The notes: generated by a model not told the origin, from the letters alone. Counted from the stretch's first letter, positions 29,752-39,639 are shown. The stretch is 64,000 nucleotides of DNA from Candidatus Thorarchaeota archaeon (GCA_030593165.1 JAUVHR010000001.1:25025-89024); one strand, 5' to 3'. Made by a program: numbers and translations.

Positions 29752-30815
29752 CTCTGGTAAACAACCCAAACCAAACGTTCCCCACCCGTGATATTGTCAC
29801 GGTAGCGATACTAGCTTCTTTGGGAGGTGCACTCAGCACATTCATTGGGTACCTTGGCAATTTGATTAATCTCGCTCTTGGCGTACCATTTGGTGCAGGT
29901 CAGTTCATGGCAGGGCTTCACGTCTTCTGGATCGTTATCATGAGATTATTAGTCCCGAGATTCGGAGTGGGCACAGCCGGAGGCCTACTGAAAGGAATGG
30001 TCGAGCTTTTCACAGGAAGCACACATGGAATCGTAATCGTCGTAGTATCTCTTATCCAAGGAACACTGGTTGATATTACTGCTCATTTCGGAGGAAGCAC
30101 AAGTGAAGCAAATTCGGATAATCGTCTAGTCTGGTGGTTGGGGGCTGGAGCAGCAACAGCATCAAACGTGTTTGTATTCCACTTGATTTTCTTCCTTGGA
30201 GTCCCATTGGCAGTCATCTCCACTATAGCGATTTTGGCATTCTGTTCAGGAGTCATATTTGCTGGATACTTTGCTTGGGAAACCTTCTACTTCTTGGCCG
30301 AGGCTGGCTTTGGACCGGCACCAAGAACCATAGAACCCCAATCAAAAACACGGGGTGGCATAGTCGTCCGCAATATATCCTCTGTAGGTTTCATTCTTTT
30401 TCTTATGGTTGGCTCACTATTCTATGCATTTGCAGTTGCAAGACCTTTCGCAGATCCATATGCATGCGACGTTGTGGGACTTGTAGAGAACCCCTACATT
30501 TTTCGAACCGCAGCTTTTGCTGGAAGTGAAGTCACTGTTGAGGCCGAACTCATAGGCGCCTATATCCACATCGCACCTACAAACTACACTGGCATACTTA
30601 TCAGTTCAATTCTCGCACTGGCAGAACCAAATCCAGAAGCAACTGGTCTTAGGGTGACTGCGCGCGACGGTTACATGATACAATTCGAATTATCAAACGT
30701 GATGACCGACAAGGCATTTCTACTCACAGAGAATGAAGATGGATTCTGGCTTGTTGCAGGAAATTATGACGGCTCTCTGTGGGTTCAATCAGTAGTTCAA
30801 CTTGAGGTATACTAA
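29748..30815 (+). CDS. polytopic membrane protein (ECF S-component-like) fused to the same C-terminal soluble domain
   Basis: About 6 TM segments. The C-terminus (GILISSILALAEP..LRVTARDGY) is paralogous to the C-terminus of 28363-29751. Confidence 0.55.
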   Translation: MTLVNNPNQTFPTRDIVTVAILASLGGALSTFIGYLGNLINLALGVPFGAGQFMAGLHVFWIVIMRLLVPRFGVGTAGGLLKGMVELFTGSTHGIVIVVVSLIQGTLVDITAHFGGSTSEANSDNRLVWWLGAGAATASNVFVFHLIFFLGVPLAVISTIAILAFCSGVIFAGYFAWETFYFLAEAGFGPAPRTIEPQSKTRGGIVVRNISSVGFILFLMVGSLFYAFAVARPFADPYACDVVGLVENPYIFRTAAFAGSEVTVEAELIGAYIHIAPTNYTGILISSILALAEPNPEATGLRVTARDGYMIQFELSNVMTDKAFLLTENEDGFWLVAGNYDGSLWVQSVVQLEVY

Positions 30816-32271
30816 GTTGCTAGAGGGCAAGGAAATCACTTTCTCATATGATGGGTACGACCCAGTATTCGAGTCGGTGAGTTTGCATATTGACCCCGGG
30901 ACACTCGTAATCCTGACTGGACACACAGGGTCTGGCAAGTCCACACTTGCAAAGATTCTCTCAGGTTTCATTCCTCATGCAATTCCGGGTAATCTATCCG
31001 GTTCTCTGTCAGTTGATGGACTGAATATGTCCGAGCTCTCTCTCCCTAAGATAGCACAAAAGGTAGCACTCGTCCAACAAGACCCCGAGAGTCAGATTTG
31101 TACACTAAGAGTGTCAGATGAGGTGGCATTTGGACCCGAAAACTATGGAATCAATTCAGAGGAGATTGAGAAACGGGTTCAATCCTCCCTTGAGGCTGTG
31201 GGGTCCCTGCATCTGAGTAATCGTCGAACCTACGCGCTCTCTGGCGGCGAGAAACAGAGAGTAGCAATTGCAGCAATGCTGGCCTGCCAGCCTGATTTTC
31301 TAATACTTGATGAACCTACTTCGAGCCTAGACCCTCGGGGAATCAAACAACTCATGAGAATACTTACAGAATTACGTAGCAGTGGAATGGGAATACTGAG
31401 TATCGAACACAATTTCCAACATATGATATCTATGGCTGACAGGGTCCTAAAATTGGACAAGAGTGGTATCTCTGAATACTCGACGGAACAATCCACCTCA
31501 ATTTCTGACCATACTAGTCCTTTGGAAGCACTCTCAGCTTCGAAACCACTCATAACTGCAAGAAGTGTAAGTTTTGCATACAATGGTCAATATGCCATAG
31601 ATGACATCGCCCTTGACATATTTCCGGGCGAAGCAATCGCATTAATGGGTGATAACGGATCTGGAAAAACTACTCTACTCCGCATCCTAGGTGGAATCCT
31701 GTATCCTAAGGAGGGTACCATCTTCCTATATGGTAACAAAACACATAATCTAACCCCCAAGAATCTAGCAGAGAAGACTGGACATGTTTTCCAAAATCCG
31801 AATCATCAAATCTTTGAGCGAACTGTGTGGAGAGAACAAACACTCACACTTGAGGTCCTGAACGCACTTAATGAAGATAATATTAACCAATGCAAGCAAC
31901 TGCTAGAAAAATTAGGTTTCTCCAAGTTGGAGAAAAGGAACCCCTTCACACTGAGTCATGGCCAGAAAAGGCGATTGAATGTCAGCTCTGCAGTCAGTCA
32001 CAACCCATCTCTGTGTTTTCTTGATGAACCGTTTATCGGTCAAGATCAAGATGGTCGTGATTTCATCACTGATGTCATCCTGAGCATCGCTAGGAATAAT
32101 GGGGCATCTGTGATAGTGACTCATGATTCTTCTTTTGCAATTCAATTCTGCACAAGAATTGTTTTCCTTGAGAATGGTAGAATACTGGTTGACGGTTCTC
32201 CCAAGTCAGTTCTTGGCCAATTAAGGGAAATCGGATATCAAGAATACGCAGAGTTAGGGGGCTCGATTTAG
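30802..32271 (+). CDS. duplicated ABC ATPase of ECF/cobalt-type transporter (EcfA1-A2 fusion)
   Basis: Two sets of Walker A (GHTGSGKST, GDNGSGKTT), two signatures (LSGGEKQR, LSHGQKRR), and two Walker B motifs (LILDEP, CFLDEP). Confidence 0.85.
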   Translation: MRYTKLLEGKEITFSYDGYDPVFESVSLHIDPGTLVILTGHTGSGKSTLAKILSGFIPHAIPGNLSGSLSVDGLNMSELSLPKIAQKVALVQQDPESQICTLRVSDEVAFGPENYGINSEEIEKRVQSSLEAVGSLHLSNRRTYALSGGEKQRVAIAAMLACQPDFLILDEPTSSLDPRGIKQLMRILTELRSSGMGILSIEHNFQHMISMADRVLKLDKSGISEYSTEQSTSISDHTSPLEALSASKPLITARSVSFAYNGQYAIDDIALDIFPGEAIALMGDNGSGKTTLLRILGGILYPKEGTIFLYGNKTHNLTPKNLAEKTGHVFQNPNHQIFERTVWREQTLTLEVLNALNEDNINQCKQLLEKLGFSKLEKRNPFTLSHGQKRRLNVSSAVSHNPSLCFLDEPFIGQDQDGRDFITDVILSIARNNGASVIVTHDSSFAIQFCTRIVFLENGRILVDGSPKSVLGQLREIGYQEYAELGGSI

Positions 32272-33090
32272 ATGAAATCTGAACACAAAATGAAGCAAAA
32301 CTCCTACAAAAGGTCCGAATTTCATCCATTATTGAAGTTCTTCGCACTGATTCTCATCATATCTGGAATAATGATATACCCAAGCTGGCGTTTAAGTACA
32401 GTCTTGTTTATTACAGTTCTACTAGTTCTCAAAATAACTGGGGCTCGATTTGGCATTGGCAAGAATCGACTTCGTTTTCTAATCATCTTCGCTCTTCTCA
32501 TGTTTCTAATACAAGTACTTGTAACAGTAAATGGTAGCATTGTACTCTTCTTGGTGCCTCAAGTCGGAAGCGTTGGTCCTTTTGTGCCGGTCACAGACTA
32601 TGGTATCGAGCGAGGTCTGACAATATCAGTGAGGTTTCTGTTGATTGTGTTCTCGAGCATGTTGTTTGTGACAACAACTGATCCAACTCTTTTGGCCCAC
32701 TCGTTCACAATGCTACGAATTCCCTATAGGTACAGCTTTTCTCTGGTAATTGCACTGAGATTCCTGCCACTTTTTGACACCGAGAATCAAATCGTAAGGA
32801 TGACCCAGCGGTCAAGAGGCATTTCTCCAGATGTGAGAGGTCTCTCAAAGATGTTGAGAACAGTCCGTTACACTTTTTTCCCATTACTTGTTTCCGCTCT
32901 GTCAAGAGTAGAATCTCTTACACTATCAATGGAGGGTCGTGGATTCGGGTCGGAAAAGACCAGAACCTATCTCCGTAAGTCAAGATGGCATTTCAAGGAC
33001 TCCATTGCTCTGTTTCTTATAGCTGGCTTTGTGGTACTCTGTCTATTCTTGGCCATGGACCTATTACCCAACCTTGCAATTTATCTCTAG
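32272..33090 (+). CDS. ECF transporter T component (CbiQ/EcfT-like)
   Basis: Multi-TM protein with the ALRFLP...RSRG coupling-helix motif. It follows the ATPase directly. Confidence 0.75.
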   Translation: MKSEHKMKQNSYKRSEFHPLLKFFALILIISGIMIYPSWRLSTVLFITVLLVLKITGARFGIGKNRLRFLIIFALLMFLIQVLVTVNGSIVLFLVPQVGSVGPFVPVTDYGIERGLTISVRFLLIVFSSMLFVTTTDPTLLAHSFTMLRIPYRYSFSLVIALRFLPLFDTENQIVRMTQRSRGISPDVRGLSKMLRTVRYTFFPLLVSALSRVESLTLSMEGRGFGSEKTRTYLRKSRWHFKDSIALFLIAGFVVLCLFLAMDLLPNLAIYL

Positions 33091-33095
33091 GATGA

Positions 33096-35282
33096 TTATC
33101 TTTCAGCCACAATTTCAGATATCGTATCAACTGCCTCTTGAACTCCCACTCTTCTTCCATTCTCAATGATATTAGGATAATATTGTGAGTATATCTCCAA
33201 ACATCTCCCCAGAATCATCACAAACACATCCTTTTCCCCGATTTCCTTGCCATCTTCACGGCATTTCTCAATCATCTTCCTAGAAGACTGAACCATCATC
33301 TCACGAATCTTTTCCCATTCCATTGTTGGTGGGCTCGTTTTTCTTTTCCTACAGACAAAAATCAGGTCGATTGTGATGTTTTCCACACCGTGTAGGTGAG
33401 TGGAGGTTTTCATCTCACTCCGAATTGGATATACAGCAGTAACGAAGAAATCCGAGTCCATTACTGCCTGTAGCACTGAACCCCACGCCTTAGGATCACG
33501 ATGATGAAAGGTGAATACGAGAAGCCCATCATCTTTCAACGTACGATTTGACTCCTCAAGGACTCTCCTCAATCCATCAAGAAACTCGTGTTGCCCCTTC
33601 TCCTGTACTCTGTTTACTATGATTTCGTCTTTCCAAGGTACAAATTCGTGCTTGAAGATATCATATCTTTCCCGTAGAGATATCCTCAACCATACGTAGA
33701 AGAAGTTCGAAAGCTCAGAATACATGACATTGTCAGCATAGGGAGGGTCCGTCACAACGGCATCCACGACACCGTCTGGGATATCCATTCTCTCTGATGA
33801 TCCACACTGAAGCATTGTATTACCATTCTCTTGAATGGATTCATAGTCTAAAACAACATTTCCGACAATCTGAGTGCTATGACTGATTTTCTTTTGTTTC
33901 CCTTCTTCGACTATTCGCTCAAATGGAGCACGACAGTACTCCTTTCCTTCTATGACAAGTTGAACAAAGGCCGTGAATGCACCTCTTCCTTTCGGAGTAT
34001 CATAACAATTGGCTTCCACTGGGGCCATGGATGGTGAGTATGAGTGGGTTCTGAAAATATCCGTAATGAACCCACGAGTACTGTTGTATTTGGCAAACAT
34101 GTTGTTGTACTTCAAACAGTTTGAGAATGCCAATAGAAAGAATTCCTTAATCTGCCAGTCTTCAAAATCCATAATCCATCGGTGTATCTTTCCTAGGTTC
34201 AAAAGCTGCCGTTCGTTGAATAGATCCCTGAACTTGATATAACCATGATTCAATGCTCGTCTTGTTTCGACTCCTTCAGGAATTGCTGTACTCGGTATGG
34301 GAAGATTTTGTTCCACTTCTACAAACTCTTGTCTTGCTTCTTGTAGGAGCTGATAATCGAAGGGATCCGTCGACTTGTACCCTCTACCTTTCTTTAGCTT
34401 GGGGTTTCCTGCTTCATCACATTTCTTACAATAGAACTCTACGGCGTACATTCTTTCTCTAGGTCTACCATTTTCAGCAATCCATTCTACTATCTTAATT
34501 GGACTGCAATCACTCGCATTACAGATGTACTTCCTACGACCCCCAGTTCTCTTGGTACTGGGAACAAACTCTCCACCACATTTTCCACATGTTGTCTGTT
34601 TGGTCGAACTCTGGGTTTCAAATACATCCCAACAATCTGGGCACACCACTATATCACCAAACCCAGTGAGAGACCGTGCAAGGAAAAAATCATGAATCAG
34701 AGGTATTTCTTCGCCACAATCAGGACAGTCCAACTCCTTGCAATAGAAATAGTAGATTCCCTCTGCATCGCTGCCGCACTCGGGACAAATAGTACGATAA
34801 TACTTGCGAAGTTCTAGTCCTAATTCCTGTTCTAGTTCTACAAGTGTATCCCGGAGTAGCTGAGGATCAATATCCTCAACCTGTTTCTTTACAACAAACC
34901 ATGCTACTGGGTTAAGATCCCACCCAATCATTTTGCAGCCCAATCTAAGGCCTTCAACAATCGTTGTACCACCACCCATCATTGGATCCAGAACAATCTT
35001 CTCGGACAAATCAACATCCTGCGAATACAGTTCCCACAAATCCTCGGGGTTTTGACTCCATTCACATAGACCCTTATCGGCCAGTGTGTAGAGAAGGATT
35101 GTTCTAAATACCGATCCCAATCTCCTTGCCCACCACTTGTGCATCACAGACCAAGGTCTATAATGACGTCGTCCGAACCCTGTTGATTCCTTTTCCGCAA
35201 TAGCATTGACCTTTGCCACTGGAAAGGTGACTTCAATAGGTTTCTTGACCAACACATAGTCTCCTGCTACACCTATGTTCAC
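33096..35282 (-). CDS. DNA methyltransferase with inserted Zn-ribbons (DUF1156/COG1743-like, N6-A/N4-C DPPY class)
   Basis: N-terminal HKWWARRLGSVFRTILL, a DPMMGGGTT SAM motif, CPECG/CPDCG/CPDCW/CGKCGG ribbons, and the catalytic VVTDPPYADN. Confidence 0.8.
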   Translation of the reverse strand: MNIGVAGDYVLVKKPIEVTFPVAKVNAIAEKESTGFGRRHYRPWSVMHKWWARRLGSVFRTILLYTLADKGLCEWSQNPEDLWELYSQDVDLSEKIVLDPMMGGGTTIVEGLRLGCKMIGWDLNPVAWFVVKKQVEDIDPQLLRDTLVELEQELGLELRKYYRTICPECGSDAEGIYYFYCKELDCPDCGEEIPLIHDFFLARSLTGFGDIVVCPDCWDVFETQSSTKQTTCGKCGGEFVPSTKRTGGRRKYICNASDCSPIKIVEWIAENGRPRERMYAVEFYCKKCDEAGNPKLKKGRGYKSTDPFDYQLLQEARQEFVEVEQNLPIPSTAIPEGVETRRALNHGYIKFRDLFNERQLLNLGKIHRWIMDFEDWQIKEFFLLAFSNCLKYNNMFAKYNSTRGFITDIFRTHSYSPSMAPVEANCYDTPKGRGAFTAFVQLVIEGKEYCRAPFERIVEEGKQKKISHSTQIVGNVVLDYESIQENGNTMLQCGSSERMDIPDGVVDAVVTDPPYADNVMYSELSNFFYVWLRISLRERYDIFKHEFVPWKDEIIVNRVQEKGQHEFLDGLRRVLEESNRTLKDDGLLVFTFHHRDPKAWGSVLQAVMDSDFFVTAVYPIRSEMKTSTHLHGVENITIDLIFVCRKRKTSPPTMEWEKIREMMVQSSRKMIEKCREDGKEIGEKDVFVMILGRCLEIYSQYYPNIIENGRRVGVQEAVDTISEIVAER

Positions 35283-35376
35283 TGAATGAAAGCCTGCCTT
35301 TCAAAAGTTATGAGTACAAGGTTTTGAGAACCACTGAGTAAGCTTTTTATCCGTACCACCACAGAAATCGATTTGA

Positions 35377-35453
35377 CGGGACGTAGCTCAATCTGGCAGA
35401 GCAATGGACTGTAGATCCATCGGTTGCCGGTTCAAATCCGGCCGTCCCGACCA
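35377..35453 (+). tRNA. tRNA-Tyr(GUA)
   Basis: Acceptor is CGGGACG/CGTCCCG. Anticodon arm is ATGGA-CTGTAGA-TCCAT. T arm is GCCGG-TTCAAAT-CCGGC. CCA is encoded. Confidence 0.9.
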
Positions 35454-35466
35454 TGTATTACTGTTA

Positions 35467-36516
35467 CTACTCTTCAATTTTATCTAGTATTTCCCTGGGG
35501 AGTTGCATTGTAAACGTACACCTTAGGTCACCCTTAAGTATGGACTCCACCAGCTCTATCTCTAAAGGCTGGTCAAGAGCCATCTCCAAGGGTTGCTTGG
35601 TGAAACCTGCACTGCAGTGACAGAATGTGGGAGAGACATCTACATCATCGGTCATGATTGCTTCTCTTGCCCACGAGCAGTGACAGCCGTAGTACCTCTT
35701 CATTCTCTCGTCCGTTTCGACAAGGTATTCCTTGGTCAAGTACGGAATCTTGGTATGATATAGTGTGTTCCCCCTTCGTACAGCACTTCCAATTCCAGGG
35801 TTGTTACGTATGAAATCAATAACATCATTAGTAATCTCTTGATTGAAGAATAATGTTCCCTCATCCCTATGTTTTTCCAACTGAACAATGAAATTCTGTC
35901 GCCTAGTTTCTAGATACTCGTCAATGTCCTTGGCCTCAAGATACTTTTCTCTCTCTTGAAGATAGTAATCCCGAGGAATCCCATGAGCAGTATCCGACAG
36001 AGCTCTCTTACAAGTTACAGGGTCAAGCAAGTCCTCCATTCTGTCAATTACAGCTTTGGTGACCTTGATTTTCTCAGTTGATGGCATACCCAATGGAGGC
36101 AGCTCGATTCCTTCGAAGACTTCAGCCCGCCTCTCTTCACCGACTAATTTCCCTAGATTCTCATACAGAACATCCATGACATTTCCCCCATCTATCAATT
36201 CAAGTATGGCAAGATAGACATCGAAATTCTCTACAAAGTAAGCATACCTTGCTAATGCAAGGAAGTTATCGTAGGAGTTGGAATTCTCCTTTATCAAAAT
36301 CGCCATGAACGCGCGGATGTCTTCTGTTGTAGATGTCTTGAGAGTGCGAGCACGGTCCAACTCCTCAACAAATGATTCGAACTTTTCTACGATTAACATA
36401 GACTGCTCAATCTGATCCTCAGAGAGTTCCCTCGTCTGAAGGAAGTCGCCAAAACCACTCTTATCCAACAGTAAAACCTCGGAATATTCCTCATGTCGAA
36501 CTTGGAGCATTATCAA
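35467..36516 (-). CDS. hypothetical protein with C-terminal CHC...CHCSAGF cysteine motif
   Basis: 349-aa ORF containing YYGCHCSWAREAI..FCHCSAGF. Confidence 0.5.
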   Translation of the reverse strand: MIMLQVRHEEYSEVLLLDKSGFGDFLQTRELSEDQIEQSMLIVEKFESFVEELDRARTLKTSTTEDIRAFMAILIKENSNSYDNFLALARYAYFVENFDVYLAILELIDGGNVMDVLYENLGKLVGEERRAEVFEGIELPPLGMPSTEKIKVTKAVIDRMEDLLDPVTCKRALSDTAHGIPRDYYLQEREKYLEAKDIDEYLETRRQNFIVQLEKHRDEGTLFFNQEITNDVIDFIRNNPGIGSAVRRGNTLYHTKIPYLTKEYLVETDERMKRYYGCHCSWAREAIMTDDVDVSPTFCHCSAGFTKQPLEMALDQPLEIELVESILKGDLRCTFTMQLPREILDKIEE

Positions 36517-36654
36517 TACAAAGGTCAGAGCAATGACTGTCCGTGAAATGATTTGAAACGGAGATACGTTCCCTCATCTTCCTTTTCATTTCGTCATTTG
36601 GCGCCAATTATAGTATTACACCATTAATACAGGCGCTTTTGTAGTTAGAAAAGA

Positions 36655-36969
36655 ATGAGGAGTTGGTGGATGACAGCAATGAAGGCGTTAGAGACCAAAA
36701 TTCTTCAAGGTCTTAGAATAAAGGGCATCAACTGCCAATCTGTTTTCACAATCCCTGATGATGAGAGTGGGGCAAAGGTACTGATAGCTTTCGACTCACG
36801 TAAGAATCCGCGTCTAACCATAAGGAAGATTGAGAAGACACTAAACTCACTGGGTATAGGACAGTTCAACGTATCCAATAAATTCCACAGACTCAGTGCA
36901 GCATTTCTGCATCTTGAGGTGGCTTTAGGGGCTCGAACTGAACGACAGGTCATAATTAGTGCACAATAG
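36655..36969 (+). CDS. hypothetical protein
   Basis: 104-aa ORF with no motif. Confidence 0.3.
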   Translation: MRSWWMTAMKALETKILQGLRIKGINCQSVFTIPDDESGAKVLIAFDSRKNPRLTIRKIEKTLNSLGIGQFNVSNKFHRLSAAFLHLEVALGARTERQVIISAQ

Positions 36970-37124
36970 ACAGTTTTCGTAGCAGTGATATAGCAGCTCC
37001 AATCAGCTAATCTTGGTGCTATGGAATCATGGATCTACAACTTTTCTGAATCCAATTGCCAGCTATATCCATGGGACACTGTTACTTGTGGATGGGGGAC
37101 TATACCGATAGATGATATAGATTC

Positions 37125-38102
37125 TCACAATTTCAGACCAAAATCCGTAGGATCTACTTTTCCAAGTCTTGTGAGAGCGGTCCTAGCATAGTCACGGATT
37201 TGCTCATCCTGATCGTCAAGTAATACTTCCAAATTTCTTGTTGCTGGAGGATATGGTGAAACCCCCATAGCCCAAGCTGCAGCTCGTCTCACCTCACTAT
37301 CAGGGGAAAGTAATATCTCAGTTATTGCTCTGAGGATTATCTCGGACTTCTTCTCCACAAGTAATCGAATTAACCTGATTTGTTCCTCTGGAGGGGCTAT
37401 TCTCATTCTATCGGATAGTTTCTGTAATGCACGGGAATCATCCATATCTCTTAATCCACGAATTGCCCAGTTTCGTACTTCCTCATATTCATCTTCAAGT
37501 GCGGCTAACAGACAGACAATCGAGTCCTTTGAGCTGATTCTGCTCAAGGCCCAAGCTCCTGATGTTCGCATTTCCCTATTCTGGTCTCCAAGAAGTGCAC
37601 AAAGTGTCCCAATACACTCATCATCAGCAACATTCGTGAGTGCAAAGACTGTTTCCTTCCTGATATCAACATCCTCTGTCTGGTCCTTAGCAATTCGTCT
37701 TAGTACTCCACCAAAACATGAAGGGTCAGTAGTAGCGAGTATGTGAACTGCCCATTTCCGTGCATCGAATGACTCATCACAATTCATCAAAATCATTTCA
37801 ACATACTTATTCAAAGAGTCAATCCTAGTTCTATAAGCCGCTTGCAATCCCCATACTCGAATCTCAGGAACAGCATCAGAGATAGCTCGCTGTATCACAG
37901 AAATAATCAACGTGTCATTCAAGAGATCGGTAATATCAAGTAAATCCCGCTTGTTCTGACTAGAAAATTCCCCAATCTTGTCGTCAAAGACTTGTGAAAC
38001 AAGGTCCTCAAATTCGCTTGGATGTGCGTTGATATATTCGGCTGTTTCCCGCCGCTCGTCTGCAGTCTGACTTCTCCTGAGCAGGTCAAGCATTGTTTTC
38101 AC
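37125..38102 (-). CDS. HEAT-repeat (PBS-lyase-type) protein
   Basis: Repeated D..VR..A..AL modules (PEIRVWGLQAA, EMRTSGAWAL, EVRNWAIRGL, EVRRAAAWAM). Confidence 0.7.
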   Translation of the reverse strand: MKTMLDLLRRSQTADERRETAEYINAHPSEFEDLVSQVFDDKIGEFSSQNKRDLLDITDLLNDTLIISVIQRAISDAVPEIRVWGLQAAYRTRIDSLNKYVEMILMNCDESFDARKWAVHILATTDPSCFGGVLRRIAKDQTEDVDIRKETVFALTNVADDECIGTLCALLGDQNREMRTSGAWALSRISSKDSIVCLLAALEDEYEEVRNWAIRGLRDMDDSRALQKLSDRMRIAPPEEQIRLIRLLVEKKSEIILRAITEILLSPDSEVRRAAAWAMGVSPYPPATRNLEVLLDDQDEQIRDYARTALTRLGKVDPTDFGLKL

Positions 38103-38155
38103 AAGGAATAGATAACAGAAGTCACATGTTACTTTTTTGCCTTAGTACAAGCTAT

Positions 38156-39160
38156 TCAGTAGATGTCGAATGCACTAGCATTCGGCTGTTTCCATTTTTC
38201 TTTTTCAGGCTCATGCTTGAGAACTGTATGATAGGCAGCCATTTGGAGCGTGACAGAATTTGCAATAGTTTGAGCCAGCGAGGATTCAAGGCCCAGACTA
38301 CTTGGAGTATGCAGATGGAATACCTCCATCACCAGTGTTTCTGTAAGGACATTCATGTACTTCTCATCCTCTGGAGTGTTGGACCTGTCTGTAATCAGGA
38401 CCACATAATCACCTTGATTCAAAGCTAAATTCCAATGATGCACATACTCTTCCCGGAGTACTGCCATGGTTCTACCAAGTGAGTATTCGTTGAATTTCAT
38501 CAAACCTAACTGAGCTGCGACATAATTGGGCCCATCCGAAACCAGATACAACGGTTTCTGCAGATTTACGAACTCAGAAATCTTGATTCCTTCTTGTTCT
38601 GCCGAGTCCACCATAATCTTTCCAACGTTTTCGAACCTCGATACATCTCCAAGTACACTGGACTGGGTCATTCTTCCAGTCATGGTTGCCAACTTCAATA
38701 GATACGCCATTGCTGTAGTTGTCGGAGAAGACGGACTGATATTGTATGAATCTACGCCTGATAGAGTGCGCCACACCCTATCTGCACGTTGGACCGCTTT
38801 CCCATCTATATCATCAGTGAGCACAACGGTCAATGCCCCTTTTTGTCTGGCAGTACTCAGAGCTTCCACTGTCGCAAGACTTCGACCTGAGGCTGTGATG
38901 CCCACTACCAGATGTTTCTCATTTATTGGAATTCGTGAAATTTCAGGTGCTGACACCGTAATCACATTCAGGCCAGCCTTGAGAAATGCCCATCTACCAT
39001 ATTGAGCGGCAGCATACGAGTCCCCACATCCCAACAATACAATGATTTTCTTCTCTAGAAGCGTGTCAACATCTGGCTTCTTGACGGCCTTGATAGTGTT
39101 TGAAATCGAAGACTCCTGTTTTCTGATTGCATCGTAGCACGCATCAAGGAACTTTGTCAT
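38156..39160 (-). CDS. SIS-domain sugar isomerase/aminotransferase-isomerase-like protein (two SIS domains)
   Basis: LLGCGDSYAAAQYG and GITASGRSLAT. Confidence 0.75.
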   Translation of the reverse strand: MTKFLDACYDAIRKQESSISNTIKAVKKPDVDTLLEKKIIVLLGCGDSYAAAQYGRWAFLKAGLNVITVSAPEISRIPINEKHLVVGITASGRSLATVEALSTARQKGALTVVLTDDIDGKAVQRADRVWRTLSGVDSYNISPSSPTTTAMAYLLKLATMTGRMTQSSVLGDVSRFENVGKIMVDSAEQEGIKISEFVNLQKPLYLVSDGPNYVAAQLGLMKFNEYSLGRTMAVLREEYVHHWNLALNQGDYVVLITDRSNTPEDEKYMNVLTETLVMEVFHLHTPSSLGLESSLAQTIANSVTLQMAAYHTVLKHEPEKEKWKQPNASAFDIY

Positions 39161-39175
39161 TTACTGTTCTCCTAT

Positions 39176-39639
39176 CTATAGCATATTAACATCTGGTGGT
39201 TCATGACCAAGTTGTCTAATCAGGCTTACTAGCAATCTTCTATGATGGATTTCATGTGTAGCCATATGAACCAGTACATTCGCAATTGTGAAGGAAACTG
39301 TTTGGTTTCACCATCTTACACTTTTCACATGTTTAATTTGAACCTCAGTAAAGTTTCTGAGAAGTTCCTTGATTTTTCCTTCTGTAATACTCCATATCTC
39401 TGCTATTGACTCAGGACTATCTAAACTGTCTTGATTACCCAATCCATCTTAGTATTAGTCAGTACAGAAATCCAATAGTTATCTGTAGCAACAAGGTGGA
39501 TGAGGATACTCCGGATTGACTTCTTTCCAACAACAAGATCCTTTTCGAAATCATCTCGGGTGAGGCCTTTTATCGAGTCAATCAATGGAGGTCAAAGGGC
39601 AAAGTTGTGTTCAAATAGCATCTCGATGAGAGAAATCAT
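39176..39639 (-). pseudogene. DinB-family (DinB_2-like) gene disrupted by two in-frame TGA codons and one frameshift
   Basis: My own translation gives MISLIEMLFEHNFAL*PPLIDSIKGLTRDDFEKDLVVGKKSIRSILIHLVATDNYWISVL...V*. After a frameshift it continues DSPESIAEIW...VRW*NQTVSFTIANVLVHMATHEIHHRRLLVSLIRQLGHEP. Confidence 0.6.

Noticed and set aside
39176-39639. In-frame TGA codons as selenocysteine or stop-codon recoding
   Set aside because: A frameshift accompanies them, I noticed no SECIS-like element, and TGA is used as a normal stop by many genes in the window. A pseudogene is the simpler reading.
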